Positions 20,617-30,274 of a DNA stretch of 64,000 bases are shown here, piece by piece. The stretch is taken from assembly GCA_045543955.1 (NCBI GenBank), contig JAZPYB010000028.1:46172-110171 (forward strand). The letters run 5' to 3'. The stretch is from Eubacteriales bacterium. Lineage in GTDB: Bacteria > Bacillota > Clostridia > Oscillospirales > CAG-272. How positions within the stretch are numbered: the first letter of the stretch is position 1; each line of letters opens with the position of its first letter. The translations under genes were made by a program, and so were the position numbers. The notes under the pieces are model-generated. The model had not been told where the DNA came from. It saw only the letters and a list, made by a program, of their open reading frames with translations, and made no database searches.

Positions 20617-22587
20617 TTACAATTTATTTGTTATTTCTTGTTCATACCATTGATTTGGAGCAAGTGAAGAATTATAAGCTTTTTCAAAAATTTTATATAG
20701 CTGAGTATAATTCAGCTTATTTTGAATTATAGTTTTAATTTCTGTTGTTTGGCAAGGAATAATTTTCATCCCATTGACACAGTTTGTTCCATCAGTAGAA
20801 TAATAAGGCATAAATTTTCTTCCTCTAAAATCTGCAATAACGTTGATATGAAGATAAGTAGTAGCGAAAACACAATAAGCTTCTTCATCGTGAGAAAGCA
20901 AATAATCGCCTAAGTGTCTTGAAACAGGCTCCATTTCCATTCTTCTTTGATTGGTGCTATTAGCAAGTGTAGCTTCAATCAAAAGAGTGTGGGCAGGATA
21001 ATTCTCGGTTGCTTCATACTTATATGTAATATCTTCGTGTCCGCCTGCTGCGTGAGTAATTGGCAAAAGGTCAGAGTCTAACGATAAATTCATATATTCC
21101 AACACCTTACCTTGTCTGCCTGATATTTTATACCAAGCAATAGCCAATACATATTCAAAAATAGTAGGCACATCAGCATTGCTTGTTACCATAGAACGAA
21201 TATCGTTGTCGGCACGATTTTCAAACATTGTCATAAGAGCAACGATGTTTTCATCGGTAAACTTTTCATCAATCATTTTGTTGAGTCGGTCATATCTTTC
21301 CTTATCAACAAATTCTTGAACATCATAAATAGAACGAGCTTTTATGCCATATAGCTCTTCAACCTTATCAATTATTTCATTTTGAGAAATATCGAAGCTT
21401 GGGTTTATATCAGCAAGAGAGCAATCCTTTTCAAGACTATCGCTTTTGCAGAAAGCTAAGTCAAAAAGCTTGTCCTTTGCAATAGAGAAAAAGCAATTTG
21501 GGATGATTCCAAGAGTTACTTTTTCATCTTGAAAAATAACTGTATCAGTAATTTTGAAATATCTTCTGTTTAGGTCTAAGTAATCATCTAACAGGCTCTT
21601 AGCTTTGAACAAATGAAGTAATCTAAAAAATTCTTCCTTAAATGCTTTGTCATTTGTTAATCTAAAGAGCTTAACATCGTTTACAGTAGAAGCACCACCT
21701 TTTTCGATTTTTGAGGTAGAAGGTGTGTTAAATAAATATTGCTTCCAATATGTTTGAGCCTTACCTGATATGCCTTTTACGGAATGTAAAAGGGAAACAG
21801 CTAAATCATTAGTTTGTTTCTTTTTAAAAGCTATCAATGCTTTATACAAAGGAAAATACGGAGCATCATAAGTTCTGCTTTTTCTGTTCATTCCTATTTC
21901 TTGAATGAGGCTTTCATCCACCTTGCGAGCAGATAATAACATATTTCTTGCTTCTTTGTAGTTGTTCATAGAAAGAAGAATGTTTACAATAACATCATCA
22001 ATGTTTTTCTTGCCACATCGAATATCTTTAATGTCTTGTACCATTTGCTTGGTTTTGTCGGCACTTGTTGTTAATGGCAATAAATATGTAAATTCTTCTT
22101 TGCTAAGCTCGCCTAATTCTTGAAGCAAATAAGCAAGAACGATATAAGGACGTGCAACATTATTTTCGTCAAATTCATTATAAAGCTTCGTCATTTGCTT
22201 GAAATAAACAAAACTATCAGCAGGAATTTGAAGCAAATTATTTGCCGAAAAATCAGCTGATGTTGCGATTTTCAAAAGGGCTTCACCGGCTTCGGTTAAT
22301 CTTCTTTCATCCGTGATTAAACCTAAATCAACTAAACCTGATGTTTTCTCGCGAGCATCTTTAGCTTTTCTTGGAGCATCCCTATCTTCAATAAATTCCT
22401 TTTCTTTCAAGAAATTATAATATGCTTTTTGTATATCTTCGTTAGCACTCCATAATTCGTTTTGATATTGTGGTAATTCCCAAAATTCCTTTAACAATTG
22501 CAACTGTAATTCAATTTTTCTGTTAAATTCAGTTGTACGGAAGCTCGTTGTTCCTAACGCCCAACAAAATCTTTTATAAGCAGGCAT
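20617..22587 (-). CDS. AlwI-family type IIS restriction endonuclease
   Basis: N-terminal W.LGTTSFR, AKDAREKTSGLVDLGL; C-terminal D...LIEATL..NQRRMEMEPVSRH; downstream of the MTase. Confidence 0.85.
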   Translation of the reverse strand: MPAYKRFCWALGTTSFRTTEFNRKIELQLQLLKEFWELPQYQNELWSANEDIQKAYYNFLKEKEFIEDRDAPRKAKDAREKTSGLVDLGLITDERRLTEAGEALLKIATSADFSANNLLQIPADSFVYFKQMTKLYNEFDENNVARPYIVLAYLLQELGELSKEEFTYLLPLTTSADKTKQMVQDIKDIRCGKKNIDDVIVNILLSMNNYKEARNMLLSARKVDESLIQEIGMNRKSRTYDAPYFPLYKALIAFKKKQTNDLAVSLLHSVKGISGKAQTYWKQYLFNTPSTSKIEKGGASTVNDVKLFRLTNDKAFKEEFFRLLHLFKAKSLLDDYLDLNRRYFKITDTVIFQDEKVTLGIIPNCFFSIAKDKLFDLAFCKSDSLEKDCSLADINPSFDISQNEIIDKVEELYGIKARSIYDVQEFVDKERYDRLNKMIDEKFTDENIVALMTMFENRADNDIRSMVTSNADVPTIFEYVLAIAWYKISGRQGKVLEYMNLSLDSDLLPITHAAGGHEDITYKYEATENYPAHTLLIEATLANSTNQRRMEMEPVSRHLGDYLLSHDEEAYCVFATTYLHINVIADFRGRKFMPYYSTDGTNCVNGMKIIPCQTTEIKTIIQNKLNYTQLYKIFEKAYNSSLAPNQWYEQEITNKL

Positions 22588-22597
22588 AATAATCTCC

Positions 22598-24739
22598 TTA
22601 ATAGTTTACTATAAGTACCTCATCCGTTTTTGAGGTTTTGTCTTTTACTTGATAATTTGAGTTTGAATAGCTGTAATCAAGATATATCACACGATATTTA
22701 TCACGATTTCTATTTACCCAATCAATTAGAATACTGTTTTCTTTACCTTTTGAACGCAAAACATTTGAAAGAGCAAATCTAATTTCTTTTTCGTTTAGCT
22801 TATCAAGATAAGCCAAAAGCTCTTTTTCTAAGGTTTCATTCCAACCGTCTTGTTCATTGTATGTAGCACAAGTTATCAAATAAGGTGGGTCAGCATATAC
22901 AAATGTTTTTTCATCCCATTCCTCGTTTGGTAATTCACGGAAATCGTAACATTCAAATTTGTAGTCGCCACTCTTTAACCTATCAATGAAAGAAGAAAGC
23001 TTTTCACGCATTTTTTTATTGAAATCACGCTTGCCAGCAGGCAAATTAAATTCGCCTTTTCTGTTGAATCTAATTTGATTGTTGAAAGCATAGACAATCA
23101 ATACATAAAGAGTAATGTAATAATTGTAATCTAATACTTTACAATTGTTGAAATCGTTTCTAAGTTTCAAAAATTTTTCGCTATTGTATGAAGATAAGCC
23201 GTCAGCACTATTGCAACCATATCTTTCATAACCATATTTTTCGGTATTAGAAAGACCATATTTTTCGATGATGTTGTCGATAAGCTCCATTGTTACTTGC
23301 TTATCAAGGTTTTTGAATGTTCCAAAAACGAATTTCAAAAGTGAATTATTATCGTTGAAAATAACACGATTGCAAGGAACATTTATTCCTACGTTTCCAC
23401 CACCACTAAACAAATCAATGAAACAATTTATATCTTGTGGGAAGTGTGGCAAAATTTGAGAAAGCAATTTGAACTTTCCACCTGTATAGTTAAGAGGGGA
23501 TTGTATAAGTTCCTTTTGCTTGCTGTCATAGCACTCACAAACAAAAAGTCTTTCTTCATTATCTTCAATGCTTGATTTTCCTGCACTAAAAGCACGATGC
23601 TTTTCAGAGAACACCTTAACACGACCTTTTTGAGATAAGATTCTCATAATATCATCATCGCTGATTTTAGCATTTGAACGGTCGTTTCCTTTTTCAGCCA
23701 TATTGTTGTAAGAAAGAACAATATATTTTGCTTTGATTTTGGAAATTAAATCTTCAAAAGCCTTGGTGGCAGACGTTGTACAATAATCACTTTTTAGTGC
23801 TGTTCTATCCATTTTAAGAGCAACGCCCTTAACCTCAGGTTTTTCCCAACGAGCAACATTTTCAAGCAAATGATATGCATCGCAATACTGTCTTGAATTG
23901 TATGGGGGGTCGATATACACTAAATCAGCTTCTATTCTTTTTACAAGCTCATTAGCATCTTCATTGTAGCATTGGTTATTTTCGTTATTATCGTTGCTTG
24001 CTAATGGAACACTTAATTCTAAGCTTTTATCAAACTGTGCGTTTTTGATATATGCGTCATAGTGTCCACAAGTATTAGCAATCTTGTCCATAGCATAAAG
24101 AAGCGATGTTATCAAAATAGCTCGTTCTCTTGCGTTGATATTTCCATTAGAATAATTTTCTTCTATATCTTCACGGATAAAGCCTATTTTTCTGCAATCA
24201 GCTAAAGAAAAGAAAGTGTTTGCAAAGTTAATAGACATATAGTTATCTTCTTGTGGAGCAATTGCATTATAATAGCAAATTAAACTCTTTATTTTTTCTT
24301 CATCGTACTTTTCAGCACCAAACCACGCAACATGGCAGATATGGTTAAAGTACAATAAATCATTTGTTATGAGCTTTTTATCAATAAAAGCAGAAGCAAC
24401 AGAGCCGGTGCCTGCAAATATATCGGCAACAGTTGTTATCTCGCTACATTCGTTTTCCACAGTTTCTTTTATGAAAGAAAGAAGTTTGTATTTATTTCCT
24501 AAATATCTACGATTGTTAATAGCAGTTGTTTTATAAGCAGGAACAGGCTCTGGCTCTTTTGCTTGAAACATAGAAGCAATTGTTTCTTTCAAGGAAGAAA
24601 GGGTTTCTTCATCCCAAATATATCTGCCTGTTTCTGTGGTTGGAACTTCTATTAAATTGTTTTTTAGTAAATAATAAAATGTTGAACGACTAAGGTTCAA
24701 TTCTTTTAAAATCTCCGAAGATGTAAAGGTTCTATCCAT
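22598..24739 (-). CDS. fused double-domain Dam/D12-class N6-adenine methyltransferase with N-terminal HTH
   Basis: Two FxGxG motifs (DIFAGTG, DLFSGGG) and two DPPY motifs; N-terminal EILKELNLSRSTFY HTH; AAGGAG RBS before ATG 24739. Confidence 0.92.
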   Translation of the reverse strand: MDRTFTSSEILKELNLSRSTFYYLLKNNLIEVPTTETGRYIWDEETLSSLKETIASMFQAKEPEPVPAYKTTAINNRRYLGNKYKLLSFIKETVENECSEITTVADIFAGTGSVASAFIDKKLITNDLLYFNHICHVAWFGAEKYDEEKIKSLICYYNAIAPQEDNYMSINFANTFFSLADCRKIGFIREDIEENYSNGNINARERAILITSLLYAMDKIANTCGHYDAYIKNAQFDKSLELSVPLASNDNNENNQCYNEDANELVKRIEADLVYIDPPYNSRQYCDAYHLLENVARWEKPEVKGVALKMDRTALKSDYCTTSATKAFEDLISKIKAKYIVLSYNNMAEKGNDRSNAKISDDDIMRILSQKGRVKVFSEKHRAFSAGKSSIEDNEERLFVCECYDSKQKELIQSPLNYTGGKFKLLSQILPHFPQDINCFIDLFSGGGNVGINVPCNRVIFNDNNSLLKFVFGTFKNLDKQVTMELIDNIIEKYGLSNTEKYGYERYGCNSADGLSSYNSEKFLKLRNDFNNCKVLDYNYYITLYVLIVYAFNNQIRFNRKGEFNLPAGKRDFNKKMREKLSSFIDRLKSGDYKFECYDFRELPNEEWDEKTFVYADPPYLITCATYNEQDGWNETLEKELLAYLDKLNEKEIRFALSNVLRSKGKENSILIDWVNRNRDKYRVIYLDYSYSNSNYQVKDKTSKTDEVLIVNY

Positions 24740-24780
24740 AGTTATCTCCTTATGCAACTAAAAATAGCTTTATATTAGAC

Positions 24781-24809
24781 ATTATAACATCATATAGGCA
24801 CATTTTCAA
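24781..24809 (-). promoter_or_regulatory. sigma-A promoter of the M-R operon
   Basis: TTGAAA-N17-TATAAT with TGn on the minus strand. Confidence 0.65.
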
Positions 24810-24894
24810 TCATTTTACGCAAATTTTATATATATTTTTGGATGCACTTTTAAATTAGCATCCTTTTTTATATTTATGAGTAATATTATTGTTT

Positions 24895-24958
24895 TTGGGC
24901 GTGTGCTTGGCTGATACGAGAGCCCTCGCTACGCTCGGGCTGCCAAGCACACGCCCAA
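24895..24958. repeat. long inverted repeat (ttgggcgtgtgcttggc...gccaagcacacgcccaa)
   Basis: 17-bp perfect arms; the left arm recurs near 25180 and 25270. Confidence 0.8.
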
Positions 24959-25296
24959 GACTTGACCTGACAGACAAAGGAAAAAGAAAACAGGCTGAAA
25001 AACTACATAAAACGAATTGAAAACAAAGCCGAAGAAAAGGGCGTTGGCGCTGAGCCGCTTGCCAATCGCCCTTTTTTCTTTCGGCATTTTTTGTTTTTCA
25101 GCACTGTTTTTAGTAGCAAAATTTTCAAATGTGGGAATTTTACCACTAATTACCCCATTTTTTGATTTTAGGCGTGGGATGTGTGCTTGTCTTGAACGAG
25201 AACACAGACAAAACGGTCGTTTGTGGAGCTTTGATACAAAATGATACACTTTGATATTTTCTTGTCGTTGGGCGTGTGCTTGTCTTGATACGAGTA

Positions 25297-25611
25297 TCAA
25301 CCAAAGCATTTTTGAAAATAAAGAATAAGCTCTTTATTTTTGCGTTGCACATACTTTTCCGAGTAGCACAAATAATAGCCAGCATCCTTTTGCGTTAGTC
25401 CCTCAACATAAAGAAACTTATATATTTTCTTTAAGGTTGGATGTGCATTTTCAATGTACTTGTCGTATTTTTCAACAAGAGAAAATAACTTTTCTTGATA
25501 TTCTTTATTCTTCCTATATTCTTCAAGTGTGCTTTCAGGCAAGTTGTGAAGAAATTTTACGGTATATCTTAACTCCTTGCGTATTTCATCCACAGTTTTC
25601 AAAAACATCAC
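25297..25611 (-). CDS. small sigma70 region-4-like / ArpU-RinA-like HTH regulator
   Basis: LYVEGLTQKDAGYYLCYSEKYVQR HTH pattern; GAAAGGGG RBS. Confidence 0.7.
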   Translation of the reverse strand: MMFLKTVDEIRKELRYTVKFLHNLPESTLEEYRKNKEYQEKLFSLVEKYDKYIENAHPTLKKIYKFLYVEGLTQKDAGYYLCYSEKYVQRKNKELILYFQKCFG

Positions 25612-25798
25612 CCCTTTCGTATATTACTTTACAATTTTATTTTTAAAAAGTCAACAAAGTGCTGTCCCAAAAAATCGACACATTGCAAAAACTTTGCAAC
25701 TTTTTTCAAAAGGTGGGGTTTTGACCCTTTTCTTACCTTTACAAATTTTCCACTATCGTGTTAAAATTTAATCAACGACGAATGAAAGGAGGGTGTTT

Positions 25799-25930
25799 TT
25801 GAAAAATGAAATTAAAATTAGTGCAATCGGCGTAGAAAATTTAACAGAGCTTTTGAAAAACGAAAAACAGTTATATTTAAAGCTGTTAGAAACAATTACA
25901 GAGCAAGTAAAAAGCAAGAATAATCATTAA
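25799..25930 (+). CDS. 43-aa hypothetical protein upstream of the recombinase (candidate directionality factor)
   Basis: GAAAGGAGG RBS then TTG; MKNEIKISAIGVENLTELLKNEKQLYLKLLETITEQVKSKNNH. Confidence 0.6.
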   Translation: MKNEIKISAIGVENLTELLKNEKQLYLKLLETITEQVKSKNNH

Positions 25931-26154
25931 GAGGTAAAAATTATGTTTAACACTAAACTAATCGTAATTTGTCTTTCGCCCGGTGGGGTTTAAACGAAAT
26001 TGCCATTTCTGTCAAGGGAAAATATATTGATATAACATAGAATAGTTGTTTTTGTGAGCAATATATTTTTTGATCCCATTGACAGCCCTGTCAATTCCGT
26101 TTTGGGTTTTCCTGTCGAAAGACAAATAAAAATTTAATTAAAGGAGAATTCAAA

Positions 26155-27636
26155 ATGGAAAAGAAAAAGCAATCAAAGGAATTGAAAACAGCAGTTATAT
26201 ATGCTCGTTATTCAAGCGACAATCAAACAGAGCAATCAATTGAAGGGCAACTTCGAGTGTGTCAAGAGTATGCAAAAAGCAATAACATCATAATTCTTGA
26301 TACATACATTGACAGAGCAATGACAGGTAGAAATGATAATCGCCCTGCGTTCCAAAAAATGCTCAAGGACAGCTCAAACGGAAATTGGGACTATGTATTA
26401 GTTTACAAGTTTGACCGATTTTCAAGAAACAAATACGAAACAGCAATTCACAAGAAAACCTTAAAGGATAATGGAGTTAAGCTAATGTCAGCGACTGAAT
26501 ATTTGCCTGATACACCTGAAGCTATCATTATTGAGTCAATGTTTGAAGGATATGCAGAATACTATTCAGTTGAACTTGCTGTTAAAACAAAAAGAGGAAT
26601 GAGAGAATTAAGAATCAAGGGTAACTTTCAAGGTGGCTACGTTCCATTTGGTTACAAGGTTGAAAATAAAAAGCTTGTAATCGACCCTGAAAAAGCAGAA
26701 GCTGTAAAATACATATTTGAAGAATACCTAATGGGTACCGAAATTAAAGACATTATTGCTAACTTAACAGCAAAGGGTATTTACAACAGAGGCAAACCAC
26801 TTGCAAGAACAACCGTATATAATATGCTTAAATTTGAAAAATACACAGGCATTTATCAATACGAGGATGAAATTTACGATAATATGTACCCACAAATAAT
26901 TTCAACAGAGTTATTTGAAAAGGTAAATAGCAAAGCAAAGAAAAACCATTATGGCAGAAAAAGTGAAAAAACCGAATATTTACTACGTGGAAAATTAAAG
27001 TGTGGTTACTGTGGCAGACCAATTAGTGCAGAAACAGGCACAACAAGGTCAGGCAAGGTTAATCACTATTACAAGTGCCTTGGTAGAAGAGAGCATATTT
27101 GCAATAAGCAAACAGTACCACAGGAATTTATAGAAAACTTAGTGGTTGATAGTATAATGGAAGCATTATGTAATAGAAATGTTCTATCACTAATGGTTAA
27201 TAAAATTTTAGAAATGCAAGAATTAAAGAAAGACGACAATTACGACTTAAAATGCTTGTTACAAGAGAAAAAGCAAACAGAAACAGCACTTAATAATCTT
27301 GTAAATGCTCTTGAGAGGGGAGTTTGTTCAAGCACTACAAACAAGAGATTGCACGAGCTTGAAGAAAAGCTTGAAAGCATTGAAAGAGAGATAATCATAG
27401 CAGAGAGTAAGAAAAGCTTTGAAATATCCGAAGAGCAAATTAGAGAATATTTCAAGGATTCAATTAAGCTTGAAGCAAAAGCACTTATAAACAAGTTAAT
27501 TGATAGAATTGAATTGTTTGACGATGAGGTTAAGATTATTTACAACAATCCAATAAACAATGGTCCTGATGAAAATCAGGGCTTTTGTTTTTATACAAGC
27601 AAAATTGAAAAAATGAAAATAAAAATGCTAATCTAA
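26155..27636 (+). CDS. large serine recombinase (integrase)
   Basis: YARYSS catalytic serine, DRFSR, recombinase domain (PFGY), zinc ribbon CGYC...YYKC...C and coiled coil. Confidence 0.95.
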   Translation: MEKKKQSKELKTAVIYARYSSDNQTEQSIEGQLRVCQEYAKSNNIIILDTYIDRAMTGRNDNRPAFQKMLKDSSNGNWDYVLVYKFDRFSRNKYETAIHKKTLKDNGVKLMSATEYLPDTPEAIIIESMFEGYAEYYSVELAVKTKRGMRELRIKGNFQGGYVPFGYKVENKKLVIDPEKAEAVKYIFEEYLMGTEIKDIIANLTAKGIYNRGKPLARTTVYNMLKFEKYTGIYQYEDEIYDNMYPQIISTELFEKVNSKAKKNHYGRKSEKTEYLLRGKLKCGYCGRPISAETGTTRSGKVNHYYKCLGRREHICNKQTVPQEFIENLVVDSIMEALCNRNVLSLMVNKILEMQELKKDDNYDLKCLLQEKKQTETALNNLVNALERGVCSSTTNKRLHELEEKLESIEREIIIAESKKSFEISEEQIREYFKDSIKLEAKALINKLIDRIELFDDEVKIIYNNPINNGPDENQGFCFYTSKIEKMKIKMLI

Positions 27637-27909
27637 CATAAACGAGTAGCATTTATTCCACGGAACAATTGACAAGAGCCTCCTCGGAATGTGTAGTAAG
27701 GCAAAGAGCCAACTGCATAGCCGAGGACGGCTTTTTGTTTGCCTCGGCGAAAGCCTAACACATTCCTACTCTTGTCAATCGTCTTTCGCGGCATAAAAGC
27801 AACTCTATCGCATAAAATCAATGCATTTATGAGCAACCGCAAAAAGAAAAAACAGGGCAAAAAGCCCTGTTCAAAGCGTTTATAAATCATAATCAAAATA
27901 ACAGAAAAA

Positions 27910-27953
27910 AGAAAAAGAACCCAATCCAAACCAAACGGTTCAAATTAGGTTCT
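27910..27953 (-). terminator. terminator of the tRNA operon, supplied by the element end
   Basis: On the minus strand, agaacctaatttgaacc...ggtttggattgggttct followed by T tract. Confidence 0.6.
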
Positions 27954-27956
27954 ACT

Positions 27957-28034
<78 letters not shown>

Positions 28035-28037
28035 ATA

Positions 28038-28126
28038 TGGTGCCGATAGCCGGACTCGAACCGGCACGGGAATTTCTTCCCAACGGATTTTAAGTCCGTG
28101 GCGTCTACCGATTCCGCCACATCGGC
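28038..28126 (-). tRNA. tRNA-Leu (TAA)
   Basis: Cloverleaf with long variable arm, ACGGA-CTTAAAA-TCCGT, encoded CCA. Confidence 0.95.
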
Positions 28127-28140
28127 TTATTAGCCTAATA

Positions 28141-28169
28141 AGTATAGCACACGAATTTTGACTTGTCAA
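28141..28169 (-). promoter_or_regulatory. sigma-A promoter of tRNA-Leu/fMet
   Basis: TTGACA-N17-TATACT. Confidence 0.8.
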
Positions 28170-28260
28170 GTACTTTTTTATAAAAATTTTTTACAAACGG
28201 AACCATACTATATTATATACAAAGGTACGCGCCAATATTCCAAAAATTTTTAAAAAGGTC

Positions 28261-28289
28261 TTGCAATTCTAAAAAACATATGCTATAAT
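28261..28289 (+). promoter_or_regulatory. sigma-A promoter of tRNA-Trp
   Basis: TTGCAA-N17-TATAAT with TGn. Confidence 0.75.
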
Positions 28290-28316
28290 CTTATAGTCTA
28301 ATAGTACAAGACAAAT

Positions 28317-28392
28317 AGGGGTGTAGTTCAGTTGGTAGAACACCAGTCTCCAAAACTGGGTGTCCAGGGTTCGAGTCCTTGCGCCCCTGCCA
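28317..28392 (+). tRNA. tRNA-Trp (CCA)
   Basis: 76-nt cloverleaf, CCAGT-CTCCAAA-ACTGG, encoded CCA. Confidence 0.95.
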
Positions 28393-28576
28393 AAACAAAA
28401 GGTCGCCATTTGGCGGCCTTTTTGTTTTGAAAGTGGAATTTAGCGCAAGGCTCGAAGGGGAAGCGGTGTTGAATGACAGTCCGGGGGACTGTCAGATCCG
28501 CGGAAAGGCTTTGCCCGCAGGCAAAGGAGTCCTTGCGCCCCTGCCAAAACAAAGGGGCGCCATTTGGCGGCCTTTT
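28373..28576. repeat. duplication of the tRNA-Trp 3' end plus terminator around a palindromic insert
   Basis: gagtccttgcgcccctgccaaaacaaa at 28373 and 28527; inverted T-arm copy at ~28444-28457; tgacagtcc-ggg-ggactgtca palindrome. Confidence 0.85.
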
Positions 28577-28624
28577 CATTATACAATAAAAAAGCCAAGC
28601 TAATCGCTTGGCTTTTAAATTATT

Positions 28625-29197
28625 TTAATCATCACTTTTGTTGATTCTGTACTTGTCCTCGTATTTATTTTTCTTGTCCTTGGACAAAAAGAGAGTAATG
28701 AGTGTATACAGTGAAATTCCAATCAAAATGCAACCAAAGACAACGGCAGCAAACGCATCCCATCCTGGAATATATTTAAGGCAAAAGGCTAGTGCGGTAA
28801 CTAAAACGCCAACAACAAGGGTTATAACAAATTCTGTAGTTGAGTTGTATCTGAAGAATTTAGATAAAAAAGCTTCCACAATAATGGCAATTCCAATGGC
28901 GATCATTATGTAAAGAACATAGTCAATCAAAATGTACGCAAGAGATTTGACAATAAACATAATTCCAAAGGAAAGCGTGCAAATGCCAAACACTGCATCG
29001 GAATTGAAAAGAGATCTTTGCTTTATAAGTGCGTTTAAAATATAAAGAGCACCGGCTAAACATAAAGCAGCTCCAATTAACCAGCTAAGACCACTGCCAA
29101 GTGATTTAGAGCAACAAAATAGAATGCCAATTACAAGAGTGATTCCAGAAATGACAACCGTACGAGTTTGATCCTTCTTGAATTTTTTTGGTAACAT
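28625..29197 (-). CDS. DUF308/HdeD-like membrane protein
   Basis: About six TM helices in a repeated pattern; GAGG RBS before ATG 29197. Confidence 0.7.
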   Translation of the reverse strand: MLPKKFKKDQTRTVVISGITLVIGILFCCSKSLGSGLSWLIGAALCLAGALYILNALIKQRSLFNSDAVFGICTLSFGIMFIVKSLAYILIDYVLYIMIAIGIAIIVEAFLSKFFRYNSTTEFVITLVVGVLVTALAFCLKYIPGWDAFAAVVFGCILIGISLYTLITLFLSKDKKNKYEDKYRINKSDD

Positions 29198-29300
29198 ACT
29201 CCACCTCAAAACAAATTTTTAATAATTATAACATAAATACATAAAATTTTCAATATTTGTATAGAAAAAAGGCGCTTCATAATGCGCCTTTTTAATATTT

Positions 29301-30203
29301 TTATAGCGAATCGACGTAATCACAAGCTGCCAAAGCTGCTACTGCACCGTCAGCACAAGCAGTTGCAACCTGACGAATACGCTTTGAACGGCAGTCGCCA
29401 GCTGCGAAAATGCCCTTTTTATCAGTCAAACAGTTTTCAGCCGAATCTACATAGCCCCAGCTGTTTAAAGAGATTAAATCAGCCACGATTTCGTTTTGAG
29501 GAATAAGTCCGATAGCCACAAACATTCCGTCAATGAGCAAGGTTTTTCTTTCTTCGCCCTTCTTAACAACAATTCCGTCAAGTGTGCCCTCGCCCATAAG
29601 TGATTCAACAATCGTGCCAAGAATTACCTCGACGTTTGATTTTGTAGCCAATAAATCTTGAAGCTTCTTTTCGCCTGTTAAATAATCAAGGTTTTGAACA
29701 ACATAAACCTTTTTACAAAGGTCTGAAAGCATAAGCGCCTCTTGAAGCGCAGAATTACCACCACCGATAACAGCAACGGTTTTGCCAGTATAAAAGGCTC
29801 CGTCGCAAACTGCACAGAAGGAAATGCCCTCACCAATGAACTCTTCCTCGCGTTCAAGACCAAGCCTGCGGTGCTTTGCACCGGTTGCAATAATTACACT
29901 CTTGCCCTCAAAATCGCCCGAGTCAGTTTTTATAGTTTTTATGTCGCCATCGACAACCTCTAAAACCTCGGCACATTCAACGTCAGCGCCTTGCTCCATA
30001 ACCTGTTCAATCATTTTTTCAGCAAATTCATTTCCGGAAAGAGCCAAAAAGCCAGGAATATTTTCAACCTTTGGGGAATAAGTAATTTGTCCACCGAAGG
30101 TAGCCTTTTCGATAACTAAAACAGTTTTGTTAGCACGTCTGGCATATAGTGCCGCTGTTAAGCCGGCAGGACCGCCGCCGATAATTACAACGTCATATAT
30201 CAT
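29301..30203 (-). CDS. trxB: thioredoxin-disulfide reductase
   Basis: GGGPAG, CAVC active site, GGGNSA, AAGD. Confidence 0.92.
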   Translation of the reverse strand: MIYDVVIIGGGPAGLTAALYARRANKTVLVIEKATFGGQITYSPKVENIPGFLALSGNEFAEKMIEQVMEQGADVECAEVLEVVDGDIKTIKTDSGDFEGKSVIIATGAKHRRLGLEREEEFIGEGISFCAVCDGAFYTGKTVAVIGGGNSALQEALMLSDLCKKVYVVQNLDYLTGEKKLQDLLATKSNVEVILGTIVESLMGEGTLDGIVVKKGEERKTLLIDGMFVAIGLIPQNEIVADLISLNSWGYVDSAENCLTDKKGIFAAGDCRSKRIRQVATACADGAVAALAACDYVDSL

Positions 30204-30274
30204 AATATAATCCTTTCTTTATTAGGGTAAAATAGGGTGTTTGCCAGTGCCAACACCCTATTATTTTTTAATTA

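Noticed and set aside
24929-25385. Overlapping ORFs 24929-25309, 25017-25244 and 25146-25385
   Set aside because: Mutually overlapping, no RBS or protein motifs; the region is better explained as structured non-coding DNA
28328-28603. ORFs over tRNA-Trp
   Set aside because: They overlap a canonical tRNA and its duplicated end
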